A stretch of DNA of 47,191 nucleotides from NCBI GenBank assembly GCA_964360445.1, contig CAYHWE010000001.1:221-47411 (forward strand). The letters are read 5' to 3'. Position numbers and translations under genes: made by a program. The notes below the pieces were generated by a model. That model saw only the letters and a program-made list of their open reading frames with translations, was not told the origin of the DNA and made no database searches. Of the stretch, positions 11,432 to 21,408 are shown one piece after another. The stretch is from an uncultured Gammaproteobacteria bacterium. GTDB taxonomy: Bacteria; Patescibacteriota; Patescibacteriia; Patescibacteriales; JAKAJF01. Position 1 is the stretch's first letter; the number at the start of each line of letters is the position of its first letter.

Positions 11432-13468
11432 ATGACTATCATCACTTCTCAAATTATTTTTCTCGCTTTGGCTTCCGCTTTTTTATTGGGCGGAATCGGG
11501 GCTTTGTTTTTTGAAAAAGGCCGTTTGGCAAATATCTGGGGCAACTCTTTTGCGGCATTAGGTTCATTGTTAGGAATTATCTTAGGAGGATCTGTTTTGG
11601 TTTTCGGAAATGTCTTTTCTTATAGCTTGACATTGCCAAACGCGCTTTTCTCTTTATCATTCAAGCTGGATTTCATCTCAGCTTTTTTTGTATTCGTGAT
11701 TTCTTTGATCGCTTTCCTTTGCTCGATCTTCGCTTTCGGATACGTAAAACATTTTTATGGCAAATATAATATCGGTGCGTTGAATTTCTTCTATAATCTT
11801 TTCATCTTGGGCATGATCCTGGTTGCGACCGCCCATAATTCATTATTATTCCTTATCGTTTGGGAAATAATGTCTTTGGCTTCATATTTCTTGGTTATTT
11901 ACGAAAGGAAAGAGGAGGACAATTTGAAGGCAGGTTCCCTGTATTTCATCATGACCCATATCGGTACCGCTTTTATCGCGCTTGCTTTCTTGCTGTTATA
12001 CAAAGTTACGGGATCTTTTGAATTCGCGGCCATCAAGGAGGGCATCATTCACATCACTCCTTTTATGAAGAACGCGATTTTTTTATCCGCATTGATCGGT
12101 TTCGGAATCAAGGCCGGTATCTTCCCGTTGCACATCTGGCTGCCAAGCGCCCATCCGGCAGCACCATCCCATGTTTCAGCCCTAATGTCCGGCGTTATGA
12201 TCAAGACAGGCATCTATATGTTCATCAGGATGTTTTTCGATATCTTGCCGAACGCGCCGCTATGGTGGGGGATCGTTATCCTCGTAATCGGCGCCGTCTC
12301 TTCTTTGCTCGGCGTTTTATACGCGTTGTCCGAACATGATATCAAGAGGCTTTTAGCTTATCACAGCATCGAGAACATCGGGATCATCCTGCTCGGTATG
12401 GGCAGCTCTTTGGTTTTCCTGTCTTTCGATATGAAAGCATTGGCCGCGCTTGGCCTTATGGCTGCGTTTTTCCACACTTTGAATCATGCCACTTTCAAGG
12501 CTTTGCTATTCTTGGGCGCCGGATCCGTCGTATCGGCAACACACACCCGCAATATTGAAGAATATGGCGGACTGATCAGATATATGCCTCAGACAGCCTT
12601 TTTCTTCCTGGTCGGCTCTATGGCTATTTCCGCCTTGCCTCCGTTCAACGGATTCTTCAGCGAATGGATGACATTCCAATCTTTATTCCAGGGAATCAGC
12701 GTCCTTAGTTTCGGTTCGAAATTGGTCTTTATGGCCGCCGCCGGTTCTTTGGCGTTCACAGGCGGGCTTGCTGCCGCTTGCTTCGTCAAGGCTTTCGGAG
12801 CTACATTCTTGGCAAGACCGAGAAGCGAGGAAGCGAAGCACGCGAAAGAGCCTTCAGTTTCTTTGAAGACCGGCATGGCCGGACTGGCTTTGTTGACTGT
12901 CGTGTTCGGCGTATTTTCCGGATCTGTTTCTTCTGTGTTACTAAGGATTGTCGACAGTATCGCCGTGTTCGGAAAAGCAGCTTCAGCCGTATCGTTTGAA
13001 AATCAAGCGGTCAGCGTAAACGATTTTGCTTACGCGTCCATGCTTAATGTATTCTTCGCCCTGATAGTCGTAACCGCTTTTACCGCCGCTTTGGTTTATT
13101 TCTTTACAAGGAACCAGAAAGTGAAAACAGGAATCACCTGGGATTGCGGAACAACTCTGACTCCGAGGATGGAAATTACCGCAACCGGATTTTCACGTTC
13201 AATCATAACGATTTTCAAAGGGATCCTGAAGCCGACAAGACAGACAGAGGTGGAATACCAGGACGCGAAGATGAGATATTTCCCGAAATACAGTTCCGTG
13301 CTTTTGGAAACGCCCGACCTTTACAGGGAGAAAATTTATGAGCCTTTCCAGAAAATCGTCACAAAGATTTCAGAGAACGTCAAGAAAATACAGAACGGAA
13401 ATGTCAACGCGTATATCCTATACATCATCATCGCTCTGATCGGCTTACTAATTACATTTGCAATTTAA
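11432..13468 (+). CDS. hyfB: HyfB/HycC-like proton-translocating antiporter-like subunit (NuoL/MrpA family)
   Basis: WE.MSL, KAG.FPLH.WLP.AHPAAPSHVSALMSG and KRLLAYHSIENIG; many TM segments. Confidence 0.9.
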   Translation: MTIITSQIIFLALASAFLLGGIGALFFEKGRLANIWGNSFAALGSLLGIILGGSVLVFGNVFSYSLTLPNALFSLSFKLDFISAFFVFVISLIAFLCSIFAFGYVKHFYGKYNIGALNFFYNLFILGMILVATAHNSLLFLIVWEIMSLASYFLVIYERKEEDNLKAGSLYFIMTHIGTAFIALAFLLLYKVTGSFEFAAIKEGIIHITPFMKNAIFLSALIGFGIKAGIFPLHIWLPSAHPAAPSHVSALMSGVMIKTGIYMFIRMFFDILPNAPLWWGIVILVIGAVSSLLGVLYALSEHDIKRLLAYHSIENIGIILLGMGSSLVFLSFDMKALAALGLMAAFFHTLNHATFKALLFLGAGSVVSATHTRNIEEYGGLIRYMPQTAFFFLVGSMAISALPPFNGFFSEWMTFQSLFQGISVLSFGSKLVFMAAAGSLAFTGGLAAACFVKAFGATFLARPRSEEAKHAKEPSVSLKTGMAGLALLTVVFGVFSGSVSSVLLRIVDSIAVFGKAASAVSFENQAVSVNDFAYASMLNVFFALIVVTAFTAALVYFFTRNQKVKTGITWDCGTTLTPRMEITATGFSRSIITIFKGILKPTRQTEVEYQDAKMRYFPKYSSVLLETPDLYREKIYEPFQKIVTKISENVKKIQNGNVNAYILYIIIALIGLLITFAI

Positions 13469-13472
13469 ACAT

Positions 13473-14396
13473 ATGCCAATCATCATTTGGGTCATCCAAT
13501 TATTGTTAATTCCAATCCTGTCGCCGTTTTTTGTCGGTGTGACAAGAAAGATAAAAGCGAGATTACAGAATCGCCGGGGAGCGTCCGTGCTCCAGCCTTA
13601 CAGGGATTTATGGAAACTTTTCCATAAAGACGAAATTATCAGCGAAGACGCTTCCTGGGTTTTCAGGTCAGCGCCCTACATCATCTTCGCGGTTACGATA
13701 ATCGTCGCTTTTGCTATCCCGTCAGTCACTACGGCCTTGCCGGGACTGTTCAGCGATTTCCTTGTCGTTGTTTATCTGTTGGCTTTGGGTACATTCTTTC
13801 TCGCTCTTGCCGGCATGGATACAGGCAGCGCTTTCGGCGGATTCGGTTCTTCAAGAGAAATGACTATGGCGGCTTTGGCCGAGGGCGGATTGATTTTCTC
13901 GATTTTGGCTTTGGCGTTAGCGGCAAAAACGACAAACCTATCCGGCATCGCTGAAGCGGTCAGCTCGCTTCCTTTTGTAGCTTTTATCCCTGTCTTGATC
14001 GCGTTTGCCGGCTTCATGATCGCATTGCTTTCTGAAACAAGCCGTTTTCCTTTTGACAATCCGGCGACACATCTTGAATTGACCATGATCCATGAAGCTA
14101 TGATTTTGGAATACTCAGGCAAGAGATTGGCATTGATCGAATGGGCTTCTGCGAACAAATTGCTGATTTTCATCGCTTTGGGCGCCAATCTGTTTTTCCC
14201 GTGGGGTCTGGCCGGATCTTTGAGTTTGGCTGCCCTTATTCCGGCTTTATTGTTTTTTGTCTTGAAGGTCTTGGCGGTTTGCGTCATTATCGCTCTTATT
14301 GAATCCACCATCGCCAAGTTCAGATATTTCAGACTGCCTGACTTATTATTCATTTCTTTCATACTTAGCGTCATCGCTATCAGTCTTATCATATAA
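13473..14396 (+). CDS. hyfC: HyfC/HycD (NuoH-like) membrane subunit
   Basis: RKIKARLQNRRG, R.PFDNP.THLELTMIHEAM.LEYSG. Confidence 0.9.
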   Translation: MPIIIWVIQLLLIPILSPFFVGVTRKIKARLQNRRGASVLQPYRDLWKLFHKDEIISEDASWVFRSAPYIIFAVTIIVAFAIPSVTTALPGLFSDFLVVVYLLALGTFFLALAGMDTGSAFGGFGSSREMTMAALAEGGLIFSILALALAAKTTNLSGIAEAVSSLPFVAFIPVLIAFAGFMIALLSETSRFPFDNPATHLELTMIHEAMILEYSGKRLALIEWASANKLLIFIALGANLFFPWGLAGSLSLAALIPALLFFVLKVLAVCVIIALIESTIAKFRYFRLPDLLFISFILSVIAISLII

Positions 14397-14400
14397 ATAT

Positions 14401-15057
14401 ATGCCTGAATTTAATCCGCAATTTTTATTGTCGTTGGAAACGTTGATTTTCGCATCAGTTATCCTGATGCACCTGGTGAAAAAAAGCTCTTCAATGATCT
14501 CGCTTTATATCCTGCAATCGGCGGTAGTGGTTTTTCTCCTGCTGACCCATCTTTTCAGCGATTTCTCTTTTTCTTTGTTGGCAGTCATCATCCTGGTTTT
14601 TGCCGTCAAGGTCCTTGTCGCGCCAAGATTTTTCTTTAAGCTCATCAACAGGCACCAGTTGAAATTCACGATAAGCAATTTCCTGAATTCTCCGCTGACC
14701 CTTATCGTTTTAGCCGTTTTGACCGCTGTTTCCCATTCGGGCGCGCTTAAGCCATTGGTCGGTCTTGCCGGCGGCAACGGAGACGCCTTGTTGATTTCAA
14801 TATCGGTGATCCTGATTTCCCTGTTTCTGATCGTCAACAAGAGGGGGGCATTGTCCCAGATGATCGGCATCCTGTCGCTGGAAAACGGGATCGTATCTTT
14901 CGCGTTCCTGATGGGACTTGAGCAGGCGCCGGCGCTGGAGTTGGGGATCATTTTCGATATCCTGGTCTGGATCATCATCGCGTCAGTATTCGCTTCCATG
15001 ATTTATAAGCAATTTGGTTCTCTTGATGTCACATCAATGAAACATTTAAAGGAATAA
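14401..15057 (+). CDS. hyfE: HyfE-like membrane subunit
   Basis: Hydrophobic, with Q.IG.L.LENG and ELGI.FD motifs; position between hyfC and hyfF. Confidence 0.85.
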   Translation: MPEFNPQFLLSLETLIFASVILMHLVKKSSSMISLYILQSAVVVFLLLTHLFSDFSFSLLAVIILVFAVKVLVAPRFFFKLINRHQLKFTISNFLNSPLTLIVLAVLTAVSHSGALKPLVGLAGGNGDALLISISVILISLFLIVNKRGALSQMIGILSLENGIVSFAFLMGLEQAPALELGIIFDILVWIIIASVFASMIYKQFGSLDVTSMKHLKE

Positions 15058-15061
15058 TCAT

Positions 15062-16507
15062 ATGCCATTAATCTTAATCATTTTTTCACCATTAGTTGCT
15101 GCGGTATTTTCTTTTTTCGTGAAGAAGAAAACATCTTTCCTGGAAATCGCGACAGCGGCAGTTTCTTCCCTTGAGCTGATTGCCGCCATCGTGATCGCGT
15201 ATGAAGTTTATAAGAGCGGATCTTATACTCTAAGCTCTTATCTGGCCGTAGACGCATTGGGCGCGTTGTTGCTTATGATCGTTGCGGTTGTCGGATTCGC
15301 GGCATCGATTTATTCCATCGGCTATTTGAGAGAGGAAGTCAAGAAAGGAATAATCGGATTCAGTAGGGTAAAACAATATTTCATCCTTTTCCATCTGTTC
15401 GTGATGGCGATGTTCTTCGCTATCGCGACAACCAGCCCGATAATGATGTGGATCGCGATCGAGGCGACTACTTTGTCGACCGCATTCTTGATCAGTTTTT
15501 ATAACAAGCCATCAGCAATGGAAGCGGCTTGGAAATACCTTATTATCAACTCTGTCGGTTTATTATTGGGATTCTTGGGCACGCTCCTTTTCTTCACTCC
15601 GCTTTTGGATTTAGGTTACCACGGCCTTGTGAATTGGAGCGTGATCATGAAGAATGTTTCTCATTTTGATCCATTCGTGATCAAGATGGCTTTTATTTTT
15701 GTCTTTATCGGTTATGGAACAAAAGTCGGTTTAGCGCCTATGCACACTTGGCGCCCAGACGCTTACAGCAAGGCGCCGACTCCGATCGTCGCTTTGTTTT
15801 CAGGCGCTTTATTGAATGTGGCGTTTTTAGCGCTGCTTCGTTTCAAGACAGTGACTGACGCGGCGATCGGCGCATCTTTCTCAAGCCAATTATTCATTTT
15901 CTTCGGCATATTATCGATCGTCATCGCTGCTTTCATCATGTATGTGCAGAAGAACTATAAGCGCTTGATCGCTTATTCCAGCATCGAGCACGCAGGTATC
16001 ATGGCGCTAGGTTTCGGATTCGGCGGCATCGGCGCTTTTGCCGGACTTTTGCATATGATCTATCATTCGATCACGAAGTCGCTTTTATTCCTTACTGCCG
16101 GCAATGTATTCTTGAAATACAGCTCCACAAAAATCGCGAATGTGCGCGGCATGATTTCTTCCCTGCCTCTGACAAGCGTAATTTTCATTATCGGATTCTT
16201 AGCTATCACCGGCATCCCTCCTTTCGGAATTTTTGTTTCCGAATTCTATATCTTGTCAGCCGGAATCGCTAATCATCCGATCGCTTCAATAATCGCATTA
16301 TTCTCTTTTGCCTTGGTGTTCGTCGGATTCTTGAAGCATGTCGTTGCTATGGTATTCAGCAAAGAAGAGGAAGAAGTTGCTAAGGGAGAAGCCGGGATCT
16401 GGACTATTTTGCCTTTGATATTCTTAACAATAATTTTAATCATATTTAGCATTTATCTTCCGACTCCGGTAAAGACTTTGATGGATGCTGCTATTTTAAT
16501 TTATTAA
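15062..16507 (+). CDS. hyfF: HyfF-like antiporter-like subunit
   Basis: W.AIEATT, EAAWKY, GYGTKVGLAPMHTW.PDA and KRL.AYSS.EH. Confidence 0.9.
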   Translation: MPLILIIFSPLVAAVFSFFVKKKTSFLEIATAAVSSLELIAAIVIAYEVYKSGSYTLSSYLAVDALGALLLMIVAVVGFAASIYSIGYLREEVKKGIIGFSRVKQYFILFHLFVMAMFFAIATTSPIMMWIAIEATTLSTAFLISFYNKPSAMEAAWKYLIINSVGLLLGFLGTLLFFTPLLDLGYHGLVNWSVIMKNVSHFDPFVIKMAFIFVFIGYGTKVGLAPMHTWRPDAYSKAPTPIVALFSGALLNVAFLALLRFKTVTDAAIGASFSSQLFIFFGILSIVIAAFIMYVQKNYKRLIAYSSIEHAGIMALGFGFGGIGAFAGLLHMIYHSITKSLLFLTAGNVFLKYSSTKIANVRGMISSLPLTSVIFIIGFLAITGIPPFGIFVSEFYILSAGIANHPIASIIALFSFALVFVGFLKHVVAMVFSKEEEEVAKGEAGIWTILPLIFLTIILIIFSIYLPTPVKTLMDAAILIY

Positions 16508-16511
16508 TTCT

Positions 16512-18062
16512 ATGCAAATCGAATCATATTTACAGAACATAGAAACTAAAAAATACGGAAATATAATCGCTTACGGATTGCCGGCTGAAAAAATAGTTGA
16601 TGAGTGCGACAGGCTTTACAACGAACATGGATTACGGTTGAAAACGATTACGGCAAAAGATGAAAGGAAAGAGAACGGTTCTTTCAGGATAATGTATATT
16701 TTCGGAATGCCGGGAGAAAATGTTTTCCTGATGCCTTTTATTTCGGTCAAAGGCGACGAATTCCCGTCTATCGTGAATGTCGTGCATGAATCATCCTGGT
16801 ATGAGAGGAAGATAAAGACTTTTTTCGGCCTACATCCGAAAGGGCACCCGAATCCAAGACAGATCCTGTTGCAGGAAAATTGGCCGGATAATATTTTTCC
16901 GTTAAGGAAAGATTTTGATGGCAAGACCAGGCCGGGCCAGGCAAATACCCCTTATCAGTTCCATAAGGTGGAAGGAGAAGGTATTTATGAAATTCCTGTC
17001 GGACCTGTCCATGCCGGAATTATCGAGCCGGGGCATTTTCGTTTCAGCGTTGCCGGAGAAGAGATCTTATTGCTCGAACCAAGATTGGGATTCACGCATA
17101 AAGGAAGCGAAAAACTTTTTGAAACTCTGCCTTTGCCGGATAAATTGAAATTGTCGGAAAGGATTTCCGGCGACAGCTCATTCAACCATTCTTTGGCTTT
17201 CTGTCAGGCGGCGGAATCTTTGGCCGGCATCGAAGTCCCTGAACGCGCAAAATATCTGAGAGTGATTTTTGCCGAAATGGAAAGGATCGCCAATCACTTC
17301 GGCGATATCGGCGCGATAATGCTCGATACAGGATTCAGTTTCGGCGGAGCCAATGGCGGCAGATTGAGAGAAATGGTCATACAATGGAATGAAAAATTGA
17401 CTGGCAGCCGTTTCTTAAGGAGCGTAAACGCGATCGGCGGAGTAACCAAGGACATCCCGGAAGAATCAAGAAACCAGCTAAGCAAGGACCTGGATTCTAT
17501 CTTTAAAGATTTCAAAGAGGTTATCGATATCGCGGAAAATAGCAATTCTCTCTATAATCGTCTTAAAGATTCCGGCACCCTGGATAAACAGATAGCGAGA
17601 GATCACGGCGTTATCGGTGTCGCCGGCAGAGCGACAGGCTTATCGGCTGACGCGAGAATCGATTATCCATATGCCGCTTATGACAAATTCAATTTTGAGA
17701 TCGCGGTTGAAAACGGCGGCGATGTCAACGCGAGATATCTTGTAAGGATCAAAGAAGTTTCCACTTCTATGCGGATATTGCAGGAAGCTTTGGATAAAAT
17801 GCCAAACGGACCGATCGCTTCCGGACAACAGATAGCCTTTAAGCCTGACTTTTATGCCCTGGGAATAGCCGAGGGCTGGAGAGGGGATATCGTTTATATG
17901 ATCGCGACGGATGAGAGCGGAAATATTTCCAGAGTCGAAGTCCGCGACCCGTCTTTCCTTAATTGGGCGGCGGTAGGACATGCCGGAAAAGGCAATGTTG
18001 TCCCGGATTTTCCATTGATCAATAAGAGTTTTAACTTATCATACTCAGGAAACGACCTGTAA
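16512..18062 (+). CDS. Ehr large subunit (HycE/HyfG-like, fused NuoC/D type) lacking the NiFe-binding cysteines
   Basis: GPVHAGIIEPGHFRF, HKG.EK, EGWRG and RDPSF.NW; L1 position reads ERISGDS and L2 reads NKSFNLSYSGNDL, with no CxxC in either. Confidence 0.9.
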   Translation: MQIESYLQNIETKKYGNIIAYGLPAEKIVDECDRLYNEHGLRLKTITAKDERKENGSFRIMYIFGMPGENVFLMPFISVKGDEFPSIVNVVHESSWYERKIKTFFGLHPKGHPNPRQILLQENWPDNIFPLRKDFDGKTRPGQANTPYQFHKVEGEGIYEIPVGPVHAGIIEPGHFRFSVAGEEILLLEPRLGFTHKGSEKLFETLPLPDKLKLSERISGDSSFNHSLAFCQAAESLAGIEVPERAKYLRVIFAEMERIANHFGDIGAIMLDTGFSFGGANGGRLREMVIQWNEKLTGSRFLRSVNAIGGVTKDIPEESRNQLSKDLDSIFKDFKEVIDIAENSNSLYNRLKDSGTLDKQIARDHGVIGVAGRATGLSADARIDYPYAAYDKFNFEIAVENGGDVNARYLVRIKEVSTSMRILQEALDKMPNGPIASGQQIAFKPDFYALGIAEGWRGDIVYMIATDESGNISRVEVRDPSFLNWAAVGHAGKGNVVPDFPLINKSFNLSYSGNDL

Positions 18063-18118
18063 TATCATATCAGTCTGGCTTCTATTTTTATAGGCATAGT
18101 TTTTATTGCCAATTTTTA

Positions 18119-18147
18119 TTGACAAATTTTGATATTTGTGGTATTGT
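18119..18147 (+). promoter_or_regulatory. Sigma70-like promoter upstream of the carbonic anhydrase-like gene
   Basis: TTGACA-17 bp-TATTGT with extended -10 TG. Confidence 0.5.
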
Positions 18148-18287
18148 AAGAGATAAATTTTATATAAAGAAAAGATAAAGTTTTCTATATTCAGTTCTTT
18201 AAAAAAATAGCTATTTTTTCTTTTTGCTTTAAGTGGTTAGAACATAGAGAAGAGATAACTAAAATTATAACTAAAGAGGAGGGGTTA

Positions 18288-19328
18288 ATGGTGGAACTAC
18301 CAAAAGTATTGAGAGATCTGAAAGGCTTGAACAAGCAGTATTCAGACCAATTTCTGGGGGACCAGCTGGAACGGAGGTCTTGGCGCGCAGAACACCCGAC
18401 AAAAATTTGCGCTTTTAAGTGCATGGACGGCAGGATACATCTTCCTCATGCCACCGAAACGCCGTTAGGAATAATCAAGTCTTTCAGGAATCTTGGCGGC
18501 GCTTTTGATATGGGGTGGAGCTATCTTAGCTCGGTGGTCGATGAATGCATCGACCATGAGGTAAGAAGAGGGAGGAAGGTCCTGTTTCTTATCACGTATC
18601 ATTTTTCCCGGGGCGACAAGCATCGGGGATGCGCCGGGCATGATTACGACAAAAAAAAGGCCATACAATCTGTCATTGCTTTCAAGGAGCAGATAGAGAG
18701 GATATATGGCGCTGACCATCGGATCGTGTGCCCGGTAATATGCGGCTTTGAAACAGACTTTGACGCCTTGATTCTTCATGGAGACAACGGCGGGATCGCA
18801 GACCTTTCCGAGATAGAGGATTCGTCGGAAACGAATGTAAAATCTTTACTGACGGATATTTTCAGAAAGATGCCACAGGATATTCTCCGTGATTTCGTGC
18901 CTTTGGTCCAGGGTAACATAAGACATATAGCCGAAATAAAAACGCGGAACAGGGCGATCATAGACGTCCAGCACAAAGAGTCCGTTCTCGCTGTAGGCAG
19001 GGGATTCGACTGGTTGCATGAGCCGAATAGGGCATTGGTAATCGGTCCTTATCAGCCGAACCTGGATGATGCCATCAGGGTCGGGCTGAAAGTAATCCTG
19101 TCTAACTTCGAGGGCAGGAGAATCCAGAAGAAGGACGGATTCATAGCTCTTGCTTCTGCTACATATGTCGAGGCAGGAGTAAAGGGGAACAGGGCCAAGG
19201 AGAGAGCAATATTCCTGAAAAATATGATAAAAGGGATAATCGATAACGACTTTCCCGGGTTAAGGAATCTTGCGCATCTTATGGCTGTAATTACGGATCT
19301 TAACACGCAAAAAATCGAGGAGGTGTAA
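18288..19328 (+). CDS. Beta-class carbonic anhydrase-like protein resembling carboxysomal CsoSCA
   Basis: Zn-site motifs C-M-D-G-R and H-F-S-x6-G-C-A-G-H, plus RNLGG; SD GAGGAGG. Confidence 0.7.
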   Translation: MVELPKVLRDLKGLNKQYSDQFLGDQLERRSWRAEHPTKICAFKCMDGRIHLPHATETPLGIIKSFRNLGGAFDMGWSYLSSVVDECIDHEVRRGRKVLFLITYHFSRGDKHRGCAGHDYDKKKAIQSVIAFKEQIERIYGADHRIVCPVICGFETDFDALILHGDNGGIADLSEIEDSSETNVKSLLTDIFRKMPQDILRDFVPLVQGNIRHIAEIKTRNRAIIDVQHKESVLAVGRGFDWLHEPNRALVIGPYQPNLDDAIRVGLKVILSNFEGRRIQKKDGFIALASATYVEAGVKGNRAKERAIFLKNMIKGIIDNDFPGLRNLAHLMAVITDLNTQKIEEV

Positions 19329-19339
19329 AAAGCAAGTCG

Positions 19340-19369
19340 GGAGCCCAGCTTTTAGGGGCTCCTTTTTTT
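19340..19369 (+). terminator. Intrinsic terminator
   Basis: ggagccc/gggctcc stem followed by T7. Confidence 0.75.
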
Positions 19370-19420
19370 ATTGGTGACAAAATATGTTATCCATGCTATA
19401 CTCCCGGCGCATTTAAACAT

Positions 19421-20053
19421 ATGTCCATAGTCGATTCTTTGATCAATGAAGGCGGTTTAAAAACTGAAGAAATAATAAAAGCCTTCCGGAAAATAAAAAG
19501 GGAAGATTTTGTTTTGCCCGAGGATAGTGAGATGGCGGAGGCGGACATTCCTTTGCCGATCGGATATGGGCAGACCATTTCCCAGCCGACTACAGTCGCA
19601 TTCAGCATGGAATTATTGGGGCCGGAAAAGGGAGAAAAGATTTTGGATATCGGCAGCGGATCAGGATGGACGACAGCTATACTTGCCGAGATTGTCGGCG
19701 AGAACGGAAGAATATTCGGCATTGAATTATTGCAAGGGCTGAAAGAGTTCGGCGAGAAAAATATTTCTAAATATGATTTCATGAAAGAGGGGAGAGTAAA
19801 AATGATCCGGGCTGATGGCCATGAAGGTTTGATTAATGAGGCGCCGTTTGATAGAATATTAGTATCGGCAGCCGCGGAAAAAATCCCGAAAGAATTATTG
19901 AGGGAGCTGAAAATAGGAGGCGTCTTGGTAATCCCGATCGGCAGGCCGCATGAAATCCAGGATATCGTCAGGATTGAGAAAATCAATGAAGACGAATTCA
20001 AGGAGACAAGATATCCCGGTTTTATTTTCGTGCCGTTGGTTCGTGGGTCATGA
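19421..20053 (+). CDS. pcm: Protein-L-isoaspartate O-methyltransferase
   Basis: PIGYGQTISQP, LDIGSGSGW and APFDRI.VSAA. Confidence 0.95.
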   Translation: MSIVDSLINEGGLKTEEIIKAFRKIKREDFVLPEDSEMAEADIPLPIGYGQTISQPTTVAFSMELLGPEKGEKILDIGSGSGWTTAILAEIVGENGRIFGIELLQGLKEFGEKNISKYDFMKEGRVKMIRADGHEGLINEAPFDRILVSAAAEKIPKELLRELKIGGVLVIPIGRPHEIQDIVRIEKINEDEFKETRYPGFIFVPLVRGS

Positions 20054-20088
20054 ATTATGAATCAAGAATTGTGAATTATAGTTTTTTT

Positions 20089-21126
20089 ATGAAAAAAATT
20101 TTTATCATTTTAATTTTAATACCAATCACCTCTCTCGGGGTTTATTTTTATTATATAAACACGCCGGCAAATAAGGATGGAGCGGAAGTGAATTTCGCCA
20201 TTGCGAAAGGGGAGGGAGTTAATCAGATAAGCGTTAATCTGAAGGAAGCAGGCTTGATCAAGTCGAAGTTTTTCTTTGAAACTTACGCCTGGCTGGAAAA
20301 AGTAGAGTCAAAATTCAAGACCGGCAGCTATACTTTGAGCCAGAAACAGGACATAAAAGAAATAACTAAAGCATTGATCAGCGGGAAGTCTGGAGAAGAG
20401 CAGACGATGAAAATACTTGAAGGCTGGACTTCGAAAGATGTAGCTGAGTATTTGGAAAAAGAGTCGATTGCGAAATCAGATGAATTTTACAACATGATCG
20501 GCCATCCCCATGTAGATTACAGGAAAAGCAAATTGCCAAAACCGAAAGACTTTTCTTCTGAATTCGGATTCTTAAAAGACAAGCCGGCTCATTACGGCTT
20601 AGAAGGATTTTTATTCCCTGATACTTATCGCATTTTCAAGGGGGCGACTACTGAGGATGTGGTCAGGAAAATGCTTTCTAATTTTGACAAGAAGCTGACG
20701 CCGGAAATGCGCGATGAAATAAAGCGCCAGGGCAAGACGATTTATGATGTTATCATTATGGCTTCAATCGTTGAAAAAGAAGTCAGGACGGAAAAAGATA
20801 TGAAAGTCGTCGCCGGCATATTCTGGGACCGGTTGAAAATCGGCCAGGCTTTCCAATCTGATGCGGGCCTGAGCTATGCTTTGGATGACAATGTTGCGGC
20901 GCATAGCGGCAAGGATCTGGAATTGGATTCGCCTTATAATATGTATAAATATAAGGGCTTGCCGCCGACACCAATTTCAAATTCGGGCGTAGCCGCAATC
21001 AAGGCAGCAATTTATCCGACCTATACTGATTATAATTACTTCCTTAATAAGCCTGATACAGGCGAAACTGTGTTTAGTGTGACTTATGAGGAGCATTTAA
21101 GGAATAAGTATAAGTATTTGAAATAG
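20089..21126 (+). CDS. mltG: Endolytic transglycosylase MltG (YceG family)
   Basis: LEGFLFPDTY, MASIVEKE and SPYN.Y...GLPPTPISN; N-terminal TM. Confidence 0.95.
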   Translation: MKKIFIILILIPITSLGVYFYYINTPANKDGAEVNFAIAKGEGVNQISVNLKEAGLIKSKFFFETYAWLEKVESKFKTGSYTLSQKQDIKEITKALISGKSGEEQTMKILEGWTSKDVAEYLEKESIAKSDEFYNMIGHPHVDYRKSKLPKPKDFSSEFGFLKDKPAHYGLEGFLFPDTYRIFKGATTEDVVRKMLSNFDKKLTPEMRDEIKRQGKTIYDVIIMASIVEKEVRTEKDMKVVAGIFWDRLKIGQAFQSDAGLSYALDDNVAAHSGKDLELDSPYNMYKYKGLPPTPISNSGVAAIKAAIYPTYTDYNYFLNKPDTGETVFSVTYEEHLRNKYKYLK

Positions 21127-21134
21127 AAAAATTA

Positions 21135-21256
21135 AGCCCCCTTTAACAAAGGGGGTGTGGGGGATTTTTCGGTGCCACTATGCTCATAAAGTTTGTACTG
21201 ATTACCACCTACAAATCCCCCGCCCTAAATCGGGCGGCCCCTTTATTAAAGGGGCG
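21135..21256. repeat. Palindromic element of the CCCCTTT-n-AAAGGGG type; a related half-copy lies at ~7069-7102
   Basis: Hairpins ccccctttaacaaaggggg and gcccctttattaaaggggc; inverted ggggattt/aaatcccc. Confidence 0.55.
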
Positions 21257-21310
21257 AGTTTAAGATTGCTTCGCTCCACTCCGTTACGCTCGCAATGACA
21301 AAATTTATAC

Positions 21311-21408
21311 TGTCATCCTAGCGAAAGCGGGGATCCAGGGTCAACTCGCAGGAAGGTGAATTGTTGTTAGAACTTCAAGAAATTGATTTCTAGAATTTTT
21401 ACTAAAGA
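21311..21408 (-). mobile_element. Truncated, inverted copy C of the ~150-bp MITE-like element
   Basis: Reverse complement matches the right arm and interior of copy A (ctagaaat..tt.cttgaa..ccttcctgc..gaccctggatccccgctttcgc). Confidence 0.7.

Noticed and set aside
13772-14999. Long minus-strand ORFs opposite hyfC/hyfE, and similar shadow ORFs opposite dnaJ, atp, ftsI and the ABC genes
   Set aside because: They are antisense shadows of well-supported genes and carry no motifs or expression signals.
10882-18062. Functional NiFe hydrogenase 4 / formate hydrogenlyase, or complex I
   Set aside because: The Ni-binding CxxC motifs are absent, and the window has no maturation, formate dehydrogenase or NADH-input genes.
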